64,000 nucleotides of DNA, taken from contig NC_087438.1 in assembly GCF_036321535.1 (NCBI RefSeq), positions 6,822,001 through 6,886,000 on the forward strand, written 5' to 3'. The translations under genes were made by a program, and so were the position numbers. Positions 1 through 13,489 of the stretch are shown here, one piece after another (position 1 is the stretch's first letter; each line of letters starts with the position of its first letter). This DNA comes from Camelus dromedarius. Lineage: Eukaryota. The notes under the pieces are model-generated. The model saw nothing but the letters and a program-made list of their open reading frames with translations. It was not told where the DNA came from and ran no database searches.

Positions 1-98
1 CAACCATAGCCCTAACCCTAATTGTAGCCATAGCCCCCAACTCATCCCTCAACCTAGCTGTCAGCCAAGCCCTAAATTTACCTCTAACCCTAACCGAA

Positions 99-100
<2 letters not shown>
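1..100 (+). repeat. Degenerate telomere-like (CCCTAA)n repeat
   Basis: ccctaaccctaa at 10-21, ccctaa near 70 and ctctaaccctaacc at about 82-95, interspersed with variant hexamers such as ccatag and ccccaa. Confidence 0.6.

Positions 101-150
<50 letters not shown>
101..150. repeat. (AT)n microsatellite
   Basis: About 25 perfect AT units. Confidence 0.97.
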
Positions 151-153
<3 letters not shown>

Positions 154-501
154 TGAATTAGCTCACATCCTTGGGGCCACTGACAGATTTGACATTTTTA
201 AGGCAGGCCAGCAGGCTGGGAACTCAGACAGAAACTGGTATTGTAGCATTGAGGCAAAATTTCTTCTTCCTAGGGAACCCTCAGGGTTATGTTTTGTTTT
301 TTCCTTTCAAAACTTTCAACGGACGGGACGAGGCCCACCCACATTACTGAAGACGATCGCCGTCACTCACCGTCAGCTGACTGTAGATGTGAACCACATC
401 AAACAGACACAAAGCCCTTCAGAGCAGTACTGAGATTATTGTTTGATTAAATAGCTGGATACTGTAGCCTAGCCAAGTTGACCTGTAAAAATAAGCATCA
501 C
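151..501 (-). mobile_element. MLT2-family ERVL LTR, truncated
   Basis: Contains gaggcccacccacatta and ends tagcctagccaagttgacctgtaaaaataagcatcaca, the reverse complement of the MLT2 start TGTGATGGTTAATTTTATGTGTCAACTTGGCTAGGC. Confidence 0.85.
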
Positions 502-555
502 AGCTCAAAATAATTGTGTGATAGAAACCATTAGACATCACTAATAGTACAACTC

Positions 556-765
556 AGGGATCAGCAGACTACGTCAGCGGGCCCACTCCTGCCCCCTGCC
601 TGTTGCTGTGAATAGCATTTTTTTGGAAGACAGCCACGCCCACTCATATGGGCATCATCAAGGGCTGCTTCTGTGTGACAACTGCAGAGTTGACTATTTG
701 TGACAGAGACCAAATGGCCTGCGAAGCAAAAATATTTACTACCTGACCCTTTACAGAAGAAGCTG
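556..765. mobile_element. MER58A-like hAT-Charlie DNA transposon
   Basis: Motifs cagccacgcccactcat, gcagagttgactatttgtgacagagacc and aaaatatttactacctgaccctttacagaa. Confidence 0.8.
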
Positions 766-2199
766 GGGGAGCTACTCAAGCAGGGGAGCTGCGATTGCTC
801 AGCGAAAATGTTCAGGATTCAAATAGTCAGTAGGTCGGAACCCAGGGAAGATCTGGGGAGATTTTAAACAAAGAGTCAACCATGACATTGGGAAAGAAAC
901 CTGAAGCATCTGCATTTGGCTTCAAAGCAGCTCACAGTCTGGCACTGCGCCGCTGTCCCTGCAGTGCTCAAAAATGGAAGCCTGGGGCCTCTGGACAGAA
1001 GGCTGACCCGTAAGAAGTCTCACACAGGACGTAGCACCCAGAATGCAAACCCTGGTCAACTCGCTTGGTTTTCTCAAGTAACAACTGGTTCAGGTTTTCA
1101 CCTAATTTTTAAGCAGCTTATCATCATCTAGAAAAGATGGGGAAATAACCTTCAAAAACCTGTATGCTTTTTTTCTGATAAGAACATATTATGACATTTA
1201 AAATTTTAATGAAGTGGTTTTCCCACATAATTATTCCTCAGTTTTGTCTACCACTTGATATCTTAAAATATTTTGTCTTATCAGTGGAAACTCCCTCTTC
1301 CCCCACACCACCATTTCTTTTTTTGGAATAAACTTTGCTGAAACAAACTAACTCTGATCTCTCAATTTGTCACCCTGTATCTGAACCAAAATCATGTTTG
1401 TTGAGAACCTCCTTTAAGTACCAAATGAAAGGAAAATTTATAGTTTTTTTTTAATTGCGAAGGTATTATATAGACACGTGAGAAAATGAAATTAATTTTT
1501 ACAAAAGACAAAACTATCCTGAAATGCTTGATCCAGTAAAATTAACTCTGATACTTTATCTCCATGTGTTCTAGCTACCCTTAGTATTTACCTAGTGCTC
1601 TGGGATGTGTTTGGCATATAAAATCCTGTAATCCCTAGAGAAATCCCGGGAGATGCATACATTTTTATCTTGGGTTTATAGATGAGAAACCAAGCCGGGC
1701 TCGAAGCCAGGCCCACCTCCTCCACAGTGTGAAGCATTGTCCCTAACTGAGCAGAAGCTGCTATTCCAAAATCATCAATTATATGATGGTATCCCTCTTG
1801 ACTGAATTGAATAGCGTTTGTTTTTCTTTAGGAATGTAATTTTAAAGACTGTATGATTTCATTGAAGAACCCACACCATTACCTCACATAACGGAAGTAT
1901 GGTTGTCATTATGCTCTATATGTAGAGCTGGAAGCAACCTCTTTCCCTCCAGTATTCATTCCACGTTCTCTGACAGGGACAGAAACACAGGAACTCAGCA
2001 TCTGAGCATCCGTTTTCTTTATCACCTTTGCCAAGGCTCCATTTGTCCAGTTTGCAGACCTTATACTTGCTTCCTTATACTGAAAATGCCTCACAAATCC
2101 TCTGGTGGTGTTTGCATTTTAACTAGTTTTGCCTTATTCTCAGTGCACAGTTTCATATTAAAGCACAGCTGAACGTTCCACTGCTGGTCCCAGCACGCG

Positions 2200-2740
2200 G
2201 TGTTTGTCTTTGTCTTTGCCTTACTTCATTTATTATGACCATCTCTAGGACCATCCATGTTGCTGCAAATGGCATTATTTCATTATTTTTTATAGCTGAG
2301 TAATATTCCATTGTGTACATATACCACATCTTCTTTATCCATTCATCTGACAATGGACATTTAGGTTGTTCCCATGTCTTGGCTATTGTAAATAGTGCTG
2401 CTGTGAACATTGGGGTGCATGCATCTTCATGTTAGCGTTTTCATCTTTTTTGGATACATACCCAGGGGTTGGATTGCTAAATCATATGGCAACCTGTTTT
2501 TAGTTTTTGAAGGAACCTCCGTACTGTTCTCCATAGTTGCTGCACTAATTTACATTCCCACCAACAGTGTAGGAGTGTTCCCTTTTCACCATGTCCTCTC
2601 CAGCATTTATTATTTATAGACTTTTCAGATGATGGCTGTTCTGATCAGTGTGAGGTGGTACCTCACTGTAGTTTTGAATTGCTTTTCTCTCATAATTAGC
2701 GATGTTGAACATCTCTTCATGTCCCTGTTGACCATTTATT
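2200..2740 (-). mobile_element. L1 fragment (ORF2 C-terminus)
   Basis: Minus ORF 2153-2410 reads MFTAALFTIAKTWEQPKCP...WIKKMWYMYTMEYYSAIK...FAATW, the canonical L1 ORF2 C-terminus. Confidence 0.95.
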
Positions 2741-2759
2741 TGGAGAGAACCCAACCTTC

Positions 2760-3113
2760 TTGAAATGACTTGCCAGTAGTGTCCCTGGCTGGGGAACCGC
2801 AGAAAGACACAGTTGCCTGTGTCAATACCCCACCCACCCCTCCATGCTCACCATGTCCCTGAACACTGGTTCAGCATCACCCTCAGTTCTCTTGTGGAAT
2901 AACTTTAAGGTGTACCCTCTAAATCATCTCCCAGACCTCCCCAGCGGGCTTGTACCCCACTTGGCCACAGTAGTGACTTGCTTGGGGATGCACCCTTTCT
3001 CCCTTTTGTGTCTAGCAAAACCCACTCCCTACGTGGCCTTTCTTGGGATGGTTCACAAAGTACTCACGTTGAAACCCTTGTCTCAGGATCTTACAGGGAA
3101 TCCAAACAACGTC
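2760..3113 (+). mobile_element. LTR16A-like ERVL LTR
   Basis: ggaataactttaagg...ccccagcggg...ccacagtagtgacttgc...ccttgtctcagg...gggaatccaaacaacgtca resembles the LTR16A 3' half. Confidence 0.65.
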
Positions 3114-3624
3114 AGCATGATCCATAACTAACCCCAGCTCCCCTCCCTCTGAGTACACTTCTTTTGAACAGTCTCTTATTTGAGTCCTGAGTTCTGCCCC
3201 ATCAAGTCTTACAGACTCCCAAGAAGGCCTGGATGGAAGAGGAAATCTCTCTGATGTATCACAGGCAAGATCACAGAGAGGAACGGCCCTGCCCTCCTCA
3301 TTCCCTGTCAAGTCTTCCCTACACTCTGCTCACACTTGGCCTTTCCTTCAACTCTTCCCATTCATATATTTTGAGACCTTCATTGATTTCAGCAACTGTA
3401 CTCTGTTTTTTACATTGTTCTAGAATCTTGACTGGGTCATGCCAATGGGCAGACGGTTGAGCCAGAGATGCTACTATCCCTAAGGATCCTAAGGGTAAGC
3501 AATGGTGCTGATCTTCTTTCTTCTCCATTGTATGCTAAGGACCCACGATCTACCTCCTGCCGGGATGCAGACTCTTCTTTCCCCATGAACAAAGGGGATG
3601 TTGACTCACATGATGAGCCAATGT

Positions 3625-3830
3625 AGCTGTGAGGGGTTCTAGAATCAGGCCAACTTGGCTCTATCACTATCTGAGTGACCTTGGGCAAGTTATTTAACTT
3701 CCCTTGGCCTCACTTTTCTCATCTGGAAATTGGGAACAGTAGTGATAACTATGCCATTAAGTTTTCATGAGATTGGGTAAAATAATACATGGCAAGCATT
3801 TTGACAGCACTGGCTCATCAAAGGCTTCTG
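3625..3830 (+). mobile_element. MIR SINE
   Basis: Core gtgaccttgggcaagttatttaacttcccttggcctcacttttctcatctggaaattggg. Confidence 0.85.
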
Positions 3831-4429
3831 ACAGATGTCACTTATGGCTGGTGCCCTGTCTTCGCCTGGGCAGATCCAGCTTCTGGGAGTGTAGGTGAGG
3901 GCAGAAGAGGGATCTGGCCTCCAGCCCACCAAAACGGCACAAGGAGAGGGAGGCACTGCTATTTCTTTTCCTGGCTCCTTCCAGATGGCAGTGTGGACAA
4001 GCTGACCAGGAAGGGCATGAGGACAGGCATCCGAATGATTTGTTATTCACACTGACTTAACCGGAGGAAGTTAGAGGTAAAACGCTGAGGCACTGAGGCT
4101 CAATTAACCTTCCTATGCATAAGTCAAGTTCCTTCCCTTCATGACCGTTCTTTATAAGCTCAAGTCTCCATAGCCCTTCCCAGACCTTCCCGGAGGTGGA
4201 GCTGACTCTCAGCAGTGGGGCTGCCCCTAATTACGGAGCCCTTCACTTGTGTGTGCGTTTTGTCCTCATGTGATGCTATTTCCATCAGAGGGGTCTGCAT
4301 GCCCAGGACCACCCAGAGGACATGCACAGGGCTGTCTTCTTCCAGATCTTCCCACCTGGTTGGAGACCCAGTCACTCCAGCTGCCCCCATGCAGTCGTTG
4401 AAGGAATGTAAATCATTTCACTATTCTGC

Positions 4430-4482
4430 CTTCTCTTTTTTCTCTCTCTCTCTCTCTCTCCCTCTCTCTGTTTCTCTCCCTC
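4430..4482. repeat. (CT)n-rich microsatellite
   Basis: tctctctctctctctctctccctctctctg. Confidence 0.85.
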
Positions 4483-4589
4483 CTGCAAGATTTGCTTTTT
4501 TCTGACTGAGTAGTACATTTTTTTTTACTTCCTAGGAAATTGCTACCTTTTCAGGAGTTATTACCACCCCATTCTCAGAGCTTCTAAGC

Positions 4590-4915
4590 CCATGGGTGAG
4601 ACATGATCCAACTAAAGCTAAGCTGGAGCCTCTGCTGAAAATGAGAAGCCAGTCTCTATGTGTGCTGGGCTGAGGAACTGGTAGCTGCCCTGATTCCTGA
4701 CAAATGAACCAGAGAAGTGAATAAAACAGATGGGGAGCAAAGATGTCAGAGAAAAGGGTGTCTCCTAGGGTTCAAGTCCCTGGCTCTAAGCTTTCCTGAG
4801 GCCAAAGTACATTCCTTACTTTGAGTCCCAAAATGCAACCCAGTGTTACTCTAACAGTGCCACCTCCGTTTAGTCTAAGTTAAGGATGGTTTCTGTCACT
4901 AGCCAATCCAACAAT
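4590..4915 (+). mobile_element. Old MaLR (MLT1-type) LTR fragment
   Basis: 3' end ggtttctgtcactagccaatcc resembles MLT1J/K-type termini; upstream ttcctgaggcca motif. Confidence 0.5.
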
Positions 4916-7189
4916 AATTGTTGTGTTATTTAAACTTACCCAATTTCTGTTTTTTCAGGGTAATAATAGATGACGAACCTGCTGGCTGATGAGTTAATTC
5001 ATGAAGTGAAAAGAAAGAACGGTTACCGCACTCTTTTGTGACACCAACTTTGCCTTGAAATCTGATGTTTAGTGTCTCTACTCGAAGTAATGACTAATAA
5101 ACCAAACTCCAGCAGCAGGAGGCCCGCAGAGAACCAGCCTAGTGCAGATGGATCTTCAAACAACCGTCAAATATTCCACCGGGTATCTCTCTCCCTGTGC
5201 ACGCATATGCTAAAGCTTGAGTTTAATTTTTCCCTTCACACTATAGAGATAAGCTCTGCCAGTAATTCCCATGTCAAGCTGCTAGAAAACCAATCTAACA
5301 TCATCATATTTTTCTGACTGTTCTAACAGAGTTTGACAAAACCCACATTTCCTTCAATGCTTGCCTAGTTCTAGAAAAAGCTAACTGGAAACTAGGAATA
5401 GAAAAGACTGCTTTTACCTTCCTCGGTCATGGAATCGAGTCACTTTGCTTTTCTGCTCTTCTTTTCCCAAGGCAGTAGTTAGTATTCCCTTGTCTGCAGA
5501 GCAACAAGCCCCCTCCCTCCCAGTGAGTTCAAATCCAGTTGTCTTTCCCCTTTGGCACTTTTCCTGGTGAGATAGATGGTCTCCTGGTGCATAGTGAGGG
5601 TTCTGGTTCCTCTGGTCCAGTCACCTCCAGCCTTCGTCTGCTCCTGGAGGTTGGATGGGTCAACCATGCCCAGGAGTGGAGGGGGCCTTGCCTCACCTGC
5701 CACAGGAGGGACTATTAATTGAGCAGTGGGAAACCCAAACTAGATTCCAGATTCACTCACTTGAAAATGGAACTAGGATTAAAAAATAACAGTATTTTTG
5801 AGGTAGTTGCATTTGTAATGTGAGCCATTTAAGTCCATACTAGCATCCAAAAAAAATGCTAGAATTGACTCTGCCATCTTTGGTGACACCCAGCCTTGTT
5901 ACATCTCAGCTGCATAGTCTGTAAAAGGCAAGTGTGGCTCCCAACAGTTCCTTAGAGTTATGGTGAAAGTTATTCATGCAAAAACTATATTTTAGAGATT
6001 CAAGCATAGAGGTCTTTTAACGCTTAAAATCTCTTTCTAATGCCCTTCTCATTCTCCTTTCAAGGACTAGTAGCCAAAACATTCCTAATTCCAAATACAT
6101 GAGTACTACTTGAATTTAGGGATTTTTAAGATATCACTAAATCAGGATGAATCTTGTAACCAAAGCCTTGTCATGTTTAACTAGCAGCATTTCTTTCTTA
6201 GAAGAACATAAAATAATGGTGCATTTTATAACCAGTGGCATTTTAGATTCTATGAAATACAGCAACTAAATGAGTCCTTCCAGAATTCAAGGTCTTTTTT
6301 AAAGCAGGTTAACTTTGTTATTGGATTTAATTCATATCTCAGTAGCTGTTCTCACAATTTGCAGACATTGTGCCTTGCAGACCTCCTCATGAAGTTGGGA
6401 GGGACTGGACATCTGGCCCCATGTTCCTCAGGGGTGTCCCTTGGTGATAGAATTTAACCCCAAAAGACTCCATTGTTGAATAAGTTTGGGAAATGTTGTG
6501 TCATATTTTCTCAGACTCTTTGATATGCTAATATAAATTATGGATGTTCTAGTGTTCAGGATTTTCCTCACTTATATGACCACTAACCCTTTCCCTTGGA
6601 CTGATTTGTAGGTGGATAAAAAATGCTGAAAAGATGAGGCCCCAAAAGACTATACAATTTGCCCCCAAAAACCCAGCTAATAAGTAACAAGGCAGGAAGA
6701 CAGTCCGTGTCTTCTGATTCTGGTCCCAGTGCCGCCACCACCCAGCACTATCTCACACATCATTTTCCTGTAAAACTAGTAAGATGCCGTGATACAGTTA
6801 TTGCCTGCCTAGCGCACGTCCCAAAGAATTTCATAGCCAGCCAGGTAATGGAATCTAGTTAAAGATAAATTTACACTGGAGATCAACAGCCACTTCAGTT
6901 GTGGAATTTTTTAGTGCACTGTGACGTCCATTGGAATTTGTCACCCAGTTGCCTTCCAAGACCCAAGAGCAGCTTTTGGCGTGCCATTTTGAAGCAGGTA
7001 AAGGTTAAGAGACAGAAGCTATGAGACAATCAAAGACCTTCTGTTACTACAGGTCCCTATGCCTCAAACCTGACAAAACTTTTGACCAGGTGTCACCCAC
7101 CAGCAGGTCTACTGCACTAGCTTTTACACTCCTTCACTTCTTCTTTTTTTTTTAATTTTTTGCTTGTGCACTTCAGTTTCTTTATAACT

Positions 7190-7372
7190 TATATATATAA
7201 AATAGATAAACAACAAAGTTCATACTGTACAGCACAGGGAACTATATTCAATATCTTGTAGTAACTTATGGTGAAAAAGAATATGAAAACAAATATATGT
7301 ATGTTCATGTATGACTGAAGCATTGTTCTGTACGCCAGAAACTGACACAACATCGTAAACTGAATATACTTC
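7190..7372 (+). mobile_element. 5'-truncated L1 3' UTR (artiodactyl/camelid type)
   Basis: aaatagataaacaacaaag...tgtacagcacagggaactatattcaatatcttgtag...tcatgtatgactgaag...gacacaacatcgtaaactgaatatacttc; the same tail recurs near 27.1, 31.1, 44.6 and 51.6 kb. Confidence 0.9.
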
Positions 7373-10300
7373 GACTCCACTTCTGATAATGAAAATATCC
7401 TTATTACGCTGCACTGCACCATCATCATTTGCATTTGTATTGTTTTCACTCAAAAGCTCCTAAGCTATTTAGATAAGCACCATTAAACAAAAATCTGGAT
7501 AATTAGTCCTTTTGATGCATCCTGGTGGCAGCAGAGAAACTCAAAAGATGTATATTAACAATACAATCCATTTCAGGTGGGACTTATTATAAAAAGGGCT
7601 TAGCCCCAAAGCAACCTCTCATTAAATCCTGAACAGGAATTCGGTATTTCTCTCTTCCCATGCCAGTCTTCATCAGCCAGCCCCTGCCACTTGGGTAGGA
7701 TCGCTGTATCTTTCCCTCCAGTAAACTACCACAAATCACAGCTAATGTGGTGTCCCAGCGGGTGGCCAGAACACAATCACACACTCCTCCAGCATCACAG
7801 ACTCACAGAACTCTACATTCAGAAGGGACTCTCAGACATCCTCTACTTGCTCCCCTCATTTGATCCATCAGAGACAGAGATCTAAGTCAATTAAGAGATT
7901 CCTCAGATGCAACCCACCCCTCCCATCTCTTGCCCCAGTGAATTTTCCCACCCACAACATCCCCAAGTGCCCACTGAAGCCAGTGCCTGGAAGTCACCAA
8001 GAGATTCCAGCTGTTCTAATTGACCGATCTATGGCAAAACACCCGAACTTTCCCCTTAATGACAAATGTTATTAATGTTGAATGTTGACATGAAATGCAT
8101 TAAAATGAGGACATTTGTGGGATCTTAGAAAATTACCAAAAGAAAGACTTAACATGAAGAGAAGAGTGATTTTATTTCGTGTACATTAGAAAACAACTGT
8201 GCATTGTTTGGCATCTATGGCAGACGGGAGACGTGTGGTCTCGTCTGTTCTTAGCCAGCTCTAAGATACCCAGCGAATGCCGGATCTGTTGGGGTCTCAG
8301 TCCCACATCTGGAAAATGGGCTGACCAGCACCTGACCTGAACACAGTAGAGGAAGGAGGGAAGTGAGCCAACTGACACTTGAAAGCACCTTATGGCTCCA
8401 GGAGCCCCTCTTCTGTTCAGATGCCTTTCCTCCTTTAAGTGGGGTTTGCTCTACAGTGTAAATGTCACCGTTAATGAGGCTTTCTCCCCTGTATCATGTG
8501 ACGTACAACAGCACAAAGAAAATTCTAAACAAAAGATTGCCTGTTAATCTCCCAATGCTTTGTTAACACGTGATCTCCAATGAGGAGACAAAGAAAGAGA
8601 GCACGTGCCTGCCTCCTTCACCTGCTGAGAATTGCACCCCTGAACACGTTAGCCAGGTGCCAGGCGCCATGGAAATAAACTTCTCCCTGCACATCTACTC
8701 CCGGAGCATCGTGCAAAACACACGCTGTGGCTCCTTAGCAAAACAACTGTTCTCGCCTCCAAATATTTATACACTTAATCTGTTCCTCTAACGTAAATTT
8801 TTCTACATGCAAATAGATAAAAACCCACGCTCAGAGGGGCAAATATTTCAGATGGTCAAAATATCTTTGAATTTGACCCTAACGTCCTAGTTTTTGTCAC
8901 TTCCACAGCTAAGGTCTGTGGAAAACAATGCAAGATTTAGTATTGATTTTCTTAACAAAAGAAAATACTTGGGTTGGCTTTTTTTTTTTTTCCCATCGAC
9001 GGGCTTTATTTTAACTCAAATTCCTGCTGTCACCTTGTACCACATTAATAACCTCACGTGGCAAGAAGATTTATAATGGAAAGCACCATCAGTTTGGTGA
9101 GGCTTGCCTGAATCTAATTCAGTGTCATTCATAGGAGAGGCTGAAAATCTTTACCTGCCTGAAGCCCTAAATGGTAGGGGAGGAGAAAACCCCAAAGTTA
9201 AAAGAAAGATGCATGTCTAGATTAGACCTGAAAAGGGGAAGTTGGTGACAGAGTCAGAGAGGAGGGTGGTAATTCAACTTCGAGGCGTGACTGGGTGCCA
9301 TGATTAGCATAAACAAGATCCTGTCGGGAACCAATCAGAAGGGAAAACTCGAATTTGCTGACACGTGAAAAGCAGTAAGTGATGCAGAAAAATGCCTGTG
9401 GCTTATTTCTTTTCCATTTTCTCCAACCAGACAACTCACGAAACTGTACTCGCAAAAATTTCCAGATTAACTTCACCAACTATGTTGTTTATCTTCACTG
9501 TTAATTAGTGCCAGAAGCAACTCCCTTTTTCTCATCTCTCTCCCAGGACTCCCCTCTGGATGCTAATGAAGTCGAGAGATTTCTAAGTTTCATAGTCTCA
9601 GCTGAGCCGTGATATTATTTTCTGCTGGCAATATGGAAAAAAATAAATTAACTTGGAGGAGTTCTTGATGGAAACAGTTTACAACCAAACACCCCACTGT
9701 TGACATAATCTTCGTAACTGTCACTTCACTCTCTCTCTGCCAACTGCATAATTAGTGTCATTACCAGTAAGTCATGGAAATATGAGTGTGGATTGCACAA
9801 CACAAAATTGCATAAATATGAATATTTTATGGAACCTAAGCAGTGTTACAAATTGTACATGGCACTTGTTTCAACAGGATCTTAAGATCTCTCACCCAGA
9901 CTAAGTTAGCCCTCTCATGATAGAACTGTAGAAAGATGTTTCTGGGGCGGTATTACTGAAGGCAAGTGATGAGGAGAAGAGGGGAAAATGTTCTGTTTGG
10001 AACTGATTTTAAAATATACAAATTTGTTAGCACATTTTTATATTTAGGACATGTAATATCACTTTTATATTTTCCTAAATGGAATATAATTTCCAAAAAA
10101 AATTTTAAATGACTGAGTTTAAGCCAAATGTATCTAATTTGGTACCACCTACTATTCTGGATCATTCATGTTTGAATACTTTCGCAAAAATGTTAACCAG
10201 ACCACTGACCACTCTGCCCCTAAACTGCCTGTGGTTCCTCCGCCGCGGGTGCCCTTCTTCCTTTCCGCTCTGCTCAAGTCATACTCTTTCTCCCTTCCTT

Positions 10301-11129
10301 ACTTAGCAAGTCTAGATCCTTGAAAGCACATCCTTTGACATTTCTTAGATTCTGTAGGTGATGACAACCAAACTTTTTGTTTGTGTTAATTACACCTTTG
10401 AAATTTCCATTCTTCTGCCAACTCTCTCCTTCTCAATGTCCAATACTGGGCTCACTGGTCATAGGCACATCCTAAAAATATAACAGAAATTATTAAATTA
10501 AATGGCATGCTCTTTAGTTTCTATAGAAAATAAGATAGGAAGGGCGAAAGAGTAGAGGAAGTCTGAATACTCTTTTCAGCAGGGTGAGATCACAACCCTG
10601 GGAACCAAAAACATTCATACACAAAAAAAGCAGCATATGAAGTTGCTAAAGGGGGTTGGGAAATACCTTTCAGGTCAAGGTTATTTATTGCAAGCATGAG
10701 TGTGTATTACGGAGCCACAGAGTCTCACATGATATCACAGGACTATCATCTCCGTGAGGAAAGGAAGCTTTGTCTGGTTGTACGTAGCTCTGGTGGGCAG
10801 AAGACTGGCCCCCAAAGATGTCCACAATGTAATCCTTGGAAACTGTGACTGTGTTGGCAAAAACACAAAACACTAAACACAATTTTTACTTCCAATCTCA
10901 AAGTTCAGGAAGTGTTTATCATGTTTAAATTCTCCACTTTGACTCAGTTATTATGCCTTTTGAATATTTGTACAATGTAATGGTGCAAGTTTCAGGAAAC
11001 CTTTGAATTTTGCAACTGTGCTAGACAAAGGATAAACCCACTTGTTCAAAGTTCAAAATATACAGATTTTTGTTCAAGATTTGAGACTGGAGTGATAGAA
11101 GGTTGAAACTTCATCTTGCAAGGAACTTT

Positions 11130-12420
11130 TTAAGGTTTAAAGTGCCACCAAGCAACTGACATGGTAACATTTGTGCTTGTGGAAACTCATTCTACGAGTA
11201 CACAGAAAGTGTACACAGAAGGAATTGGTTGAAAAAGTCTGTGGGCTGACCAGATAGGAAGTCTTGCATTAACTGTAGCAAGAGATGTAATGGCCTGGCC
11301 TTGGATCGTGGCAGTGGGAGTGGAGGGAAAAGGATGCACTCTAGGAAAGTTTATGAGGTAATAGTTATAGAAGTTGGTGACTGGAGGAGAGAGAGAAAGA
11401 ATTCAGAGGGGATTTCAAGTTTTGAGTTTGGATAACAACGTGGATGATAACCATTTAGTGGGTGCAGAGCATGAGATATTATGGTTGAGTATGAGATATA
11501 TTATACTTGGGTATAATATAATGAGTCCTGATCTTGACATGCTGTGTTTGTAAAGGGGGAGAGGATAGTAAGTGACTGGGAGATAATAATAAGTAATTGG
11601 ATATATCAGTCTCCAGCTCAAGGGAGAGATTTTGTTGGAAATGTATATTTGAGAGTCATCAATACATGAATGCAGATGGAGGCCATCGGGTATGGCAACA
11701 TCCAAGATAAATGTTAGATCAGAATTTGAGGGAAAGCTCTGGGGAACCCTACACTTAAGGGGCAGAATAAAAGAGGAAAGCACACAGGAGACTAAGTGCA
11801 TAGCCACAGAAAAAGAAAGCCAAGAGAATTCAGTGTTGTGAGAGTTAACAGATGATTTCAAGATTGTGGATGTCATCCAAGGTGCCATATACTGCTGAGA
11901 GATGGAGCGAGATGGAGGAGTGAGCACGGGGTTTTACAAGATGGACCCGTTTGGAACCTGAATGAGAATATTTTTAGTGGAAAAGTGGAGACAGAGATCA
12001 GCCTGAAAGGTGTTAAGAGGGGGTGAGTGAAAGGTGAGGAAGAAGGAAAAAAGTCAAGAAGCTTGACTTAAAAAAAGAAAAGGAGGAAATCAAATGATAG
12101 GGAATTGTAAGAAAAAAAAATTTTAAGAGAGAAATGCTGATCTAAAGAGGGCAGTAGAGAAGATGAAAAGTTAATAATTTAGGTTGACAAGAAGGTAATT
12201 ATTATCATGAGGTTCTTAAGGAGCTGGGATGGATCCAGAACAGAGGGAAAAGGATGTGCTATGGACGGTGGTCCAAGACATGTCTCCTACCCCAGTGAGA
12301 GGAAATGAGGAAAGGATGGATGTAGAAGTTTACAGGTGAGCTTTCAGGTCTGATGGAGGAAATCTGATAAAGTTGCCACATGTTGGCTTTTTATTCTTTA
12401 GTTAAGTAAGAGATGAAGTT
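11130..12420 (-). mobile_element. L2 LINE fragment including an RT remnant
   Basis: Minus ORF 11415-11927 contains HLHSCIDDSQIYIS, a decayed L2 HLYADDSQIYIS motif; purine-rich antisense-L2 composition. Confidence 0.85.
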
Positions 12421-13489
12421 ATCTAAATGCTTAATTTTGAAAGAGAGATGTTCTAGAATTTAAACTAAATTTTTACTGCAAACAAAATCGAAGATTCTCA
12501 AGTGGTACCATCTTAGCATAGGTTTGAATTTTCAAAACCAGTGGTTAGAAATAATTTAAAAAGGGATTGTAAGCTTGTTTGCTGTTCAACATTATGGAAA
12601 AGCTCATTCATAAAACAAAAAAGTTCTCAAACTTTTTCTACTCCTCCAAAAATCTCTCACTCCTATAGCTTCTCCAGAGCTTCTCAAACATCAAACACCA
12701 AAAATGCTTCTTCAACCAAGCCTGTGACCACCTGCTTAGCCTCTTCTCACTTTCTGCTCTCTGACACTCTGTAATGAAGGTAAATGAAAGCTCTGTTTCT
12801 CTTCCCTCTACTTCCCAGGCTTTCTCTCTCTCTATCCATTCTCCAGATTCAAAGGTTTTCATCACAAAACACCCAGGAACAGTTCTGAAAAATATAGAAT
12901 TTTTCTTGGATCCCTGGAATTGGATTTTTAAAAGGTACAGTGAGAAAGAACTCACACATGATTAAGTTGTGAGATAGCCAGCCCAATAAAAGAGCAGCTT
13001 TTGTAGAATGTGATGTCATCATTGGAGAATGATCCAGCATGGTGGTCACCATTGGAGTGTAGACCCAAATACTGAAGTCTGCCTCCAAAAAAGGGCAAGA
13101 GTTAAGTGGATAAAAGGGTGATCAATAACTCAGAAAAACTGACCATGGCACAGTTCTGTGGCTGACACTGGACACAATTTGAATTATTGATCATGTCAGT
13201 CATATACATATTTTAGGCATAATACTCCAGAAACTGAAAGAACAAAAAGGAATGAGTAGGAATGCTGACCACGTAACCCACTGGAGACTTGAGGTTATGT
13301 TGAGCCAGTAACAAAATCCCCTTTCAGGATTTTGAATGGAATAATGAAGCTTGGCAAATTCACAGGGAAATAAGGGGATGCATTTCATTCCTCCATCCAG
13401 CCATTGAAGGATCGTCATTGTTCACAAACAAGAGGAACATCAAAGTACCTCCCCTGCAAAGTGCCTAAGTGCCTACTCAGAGTGGTCAC

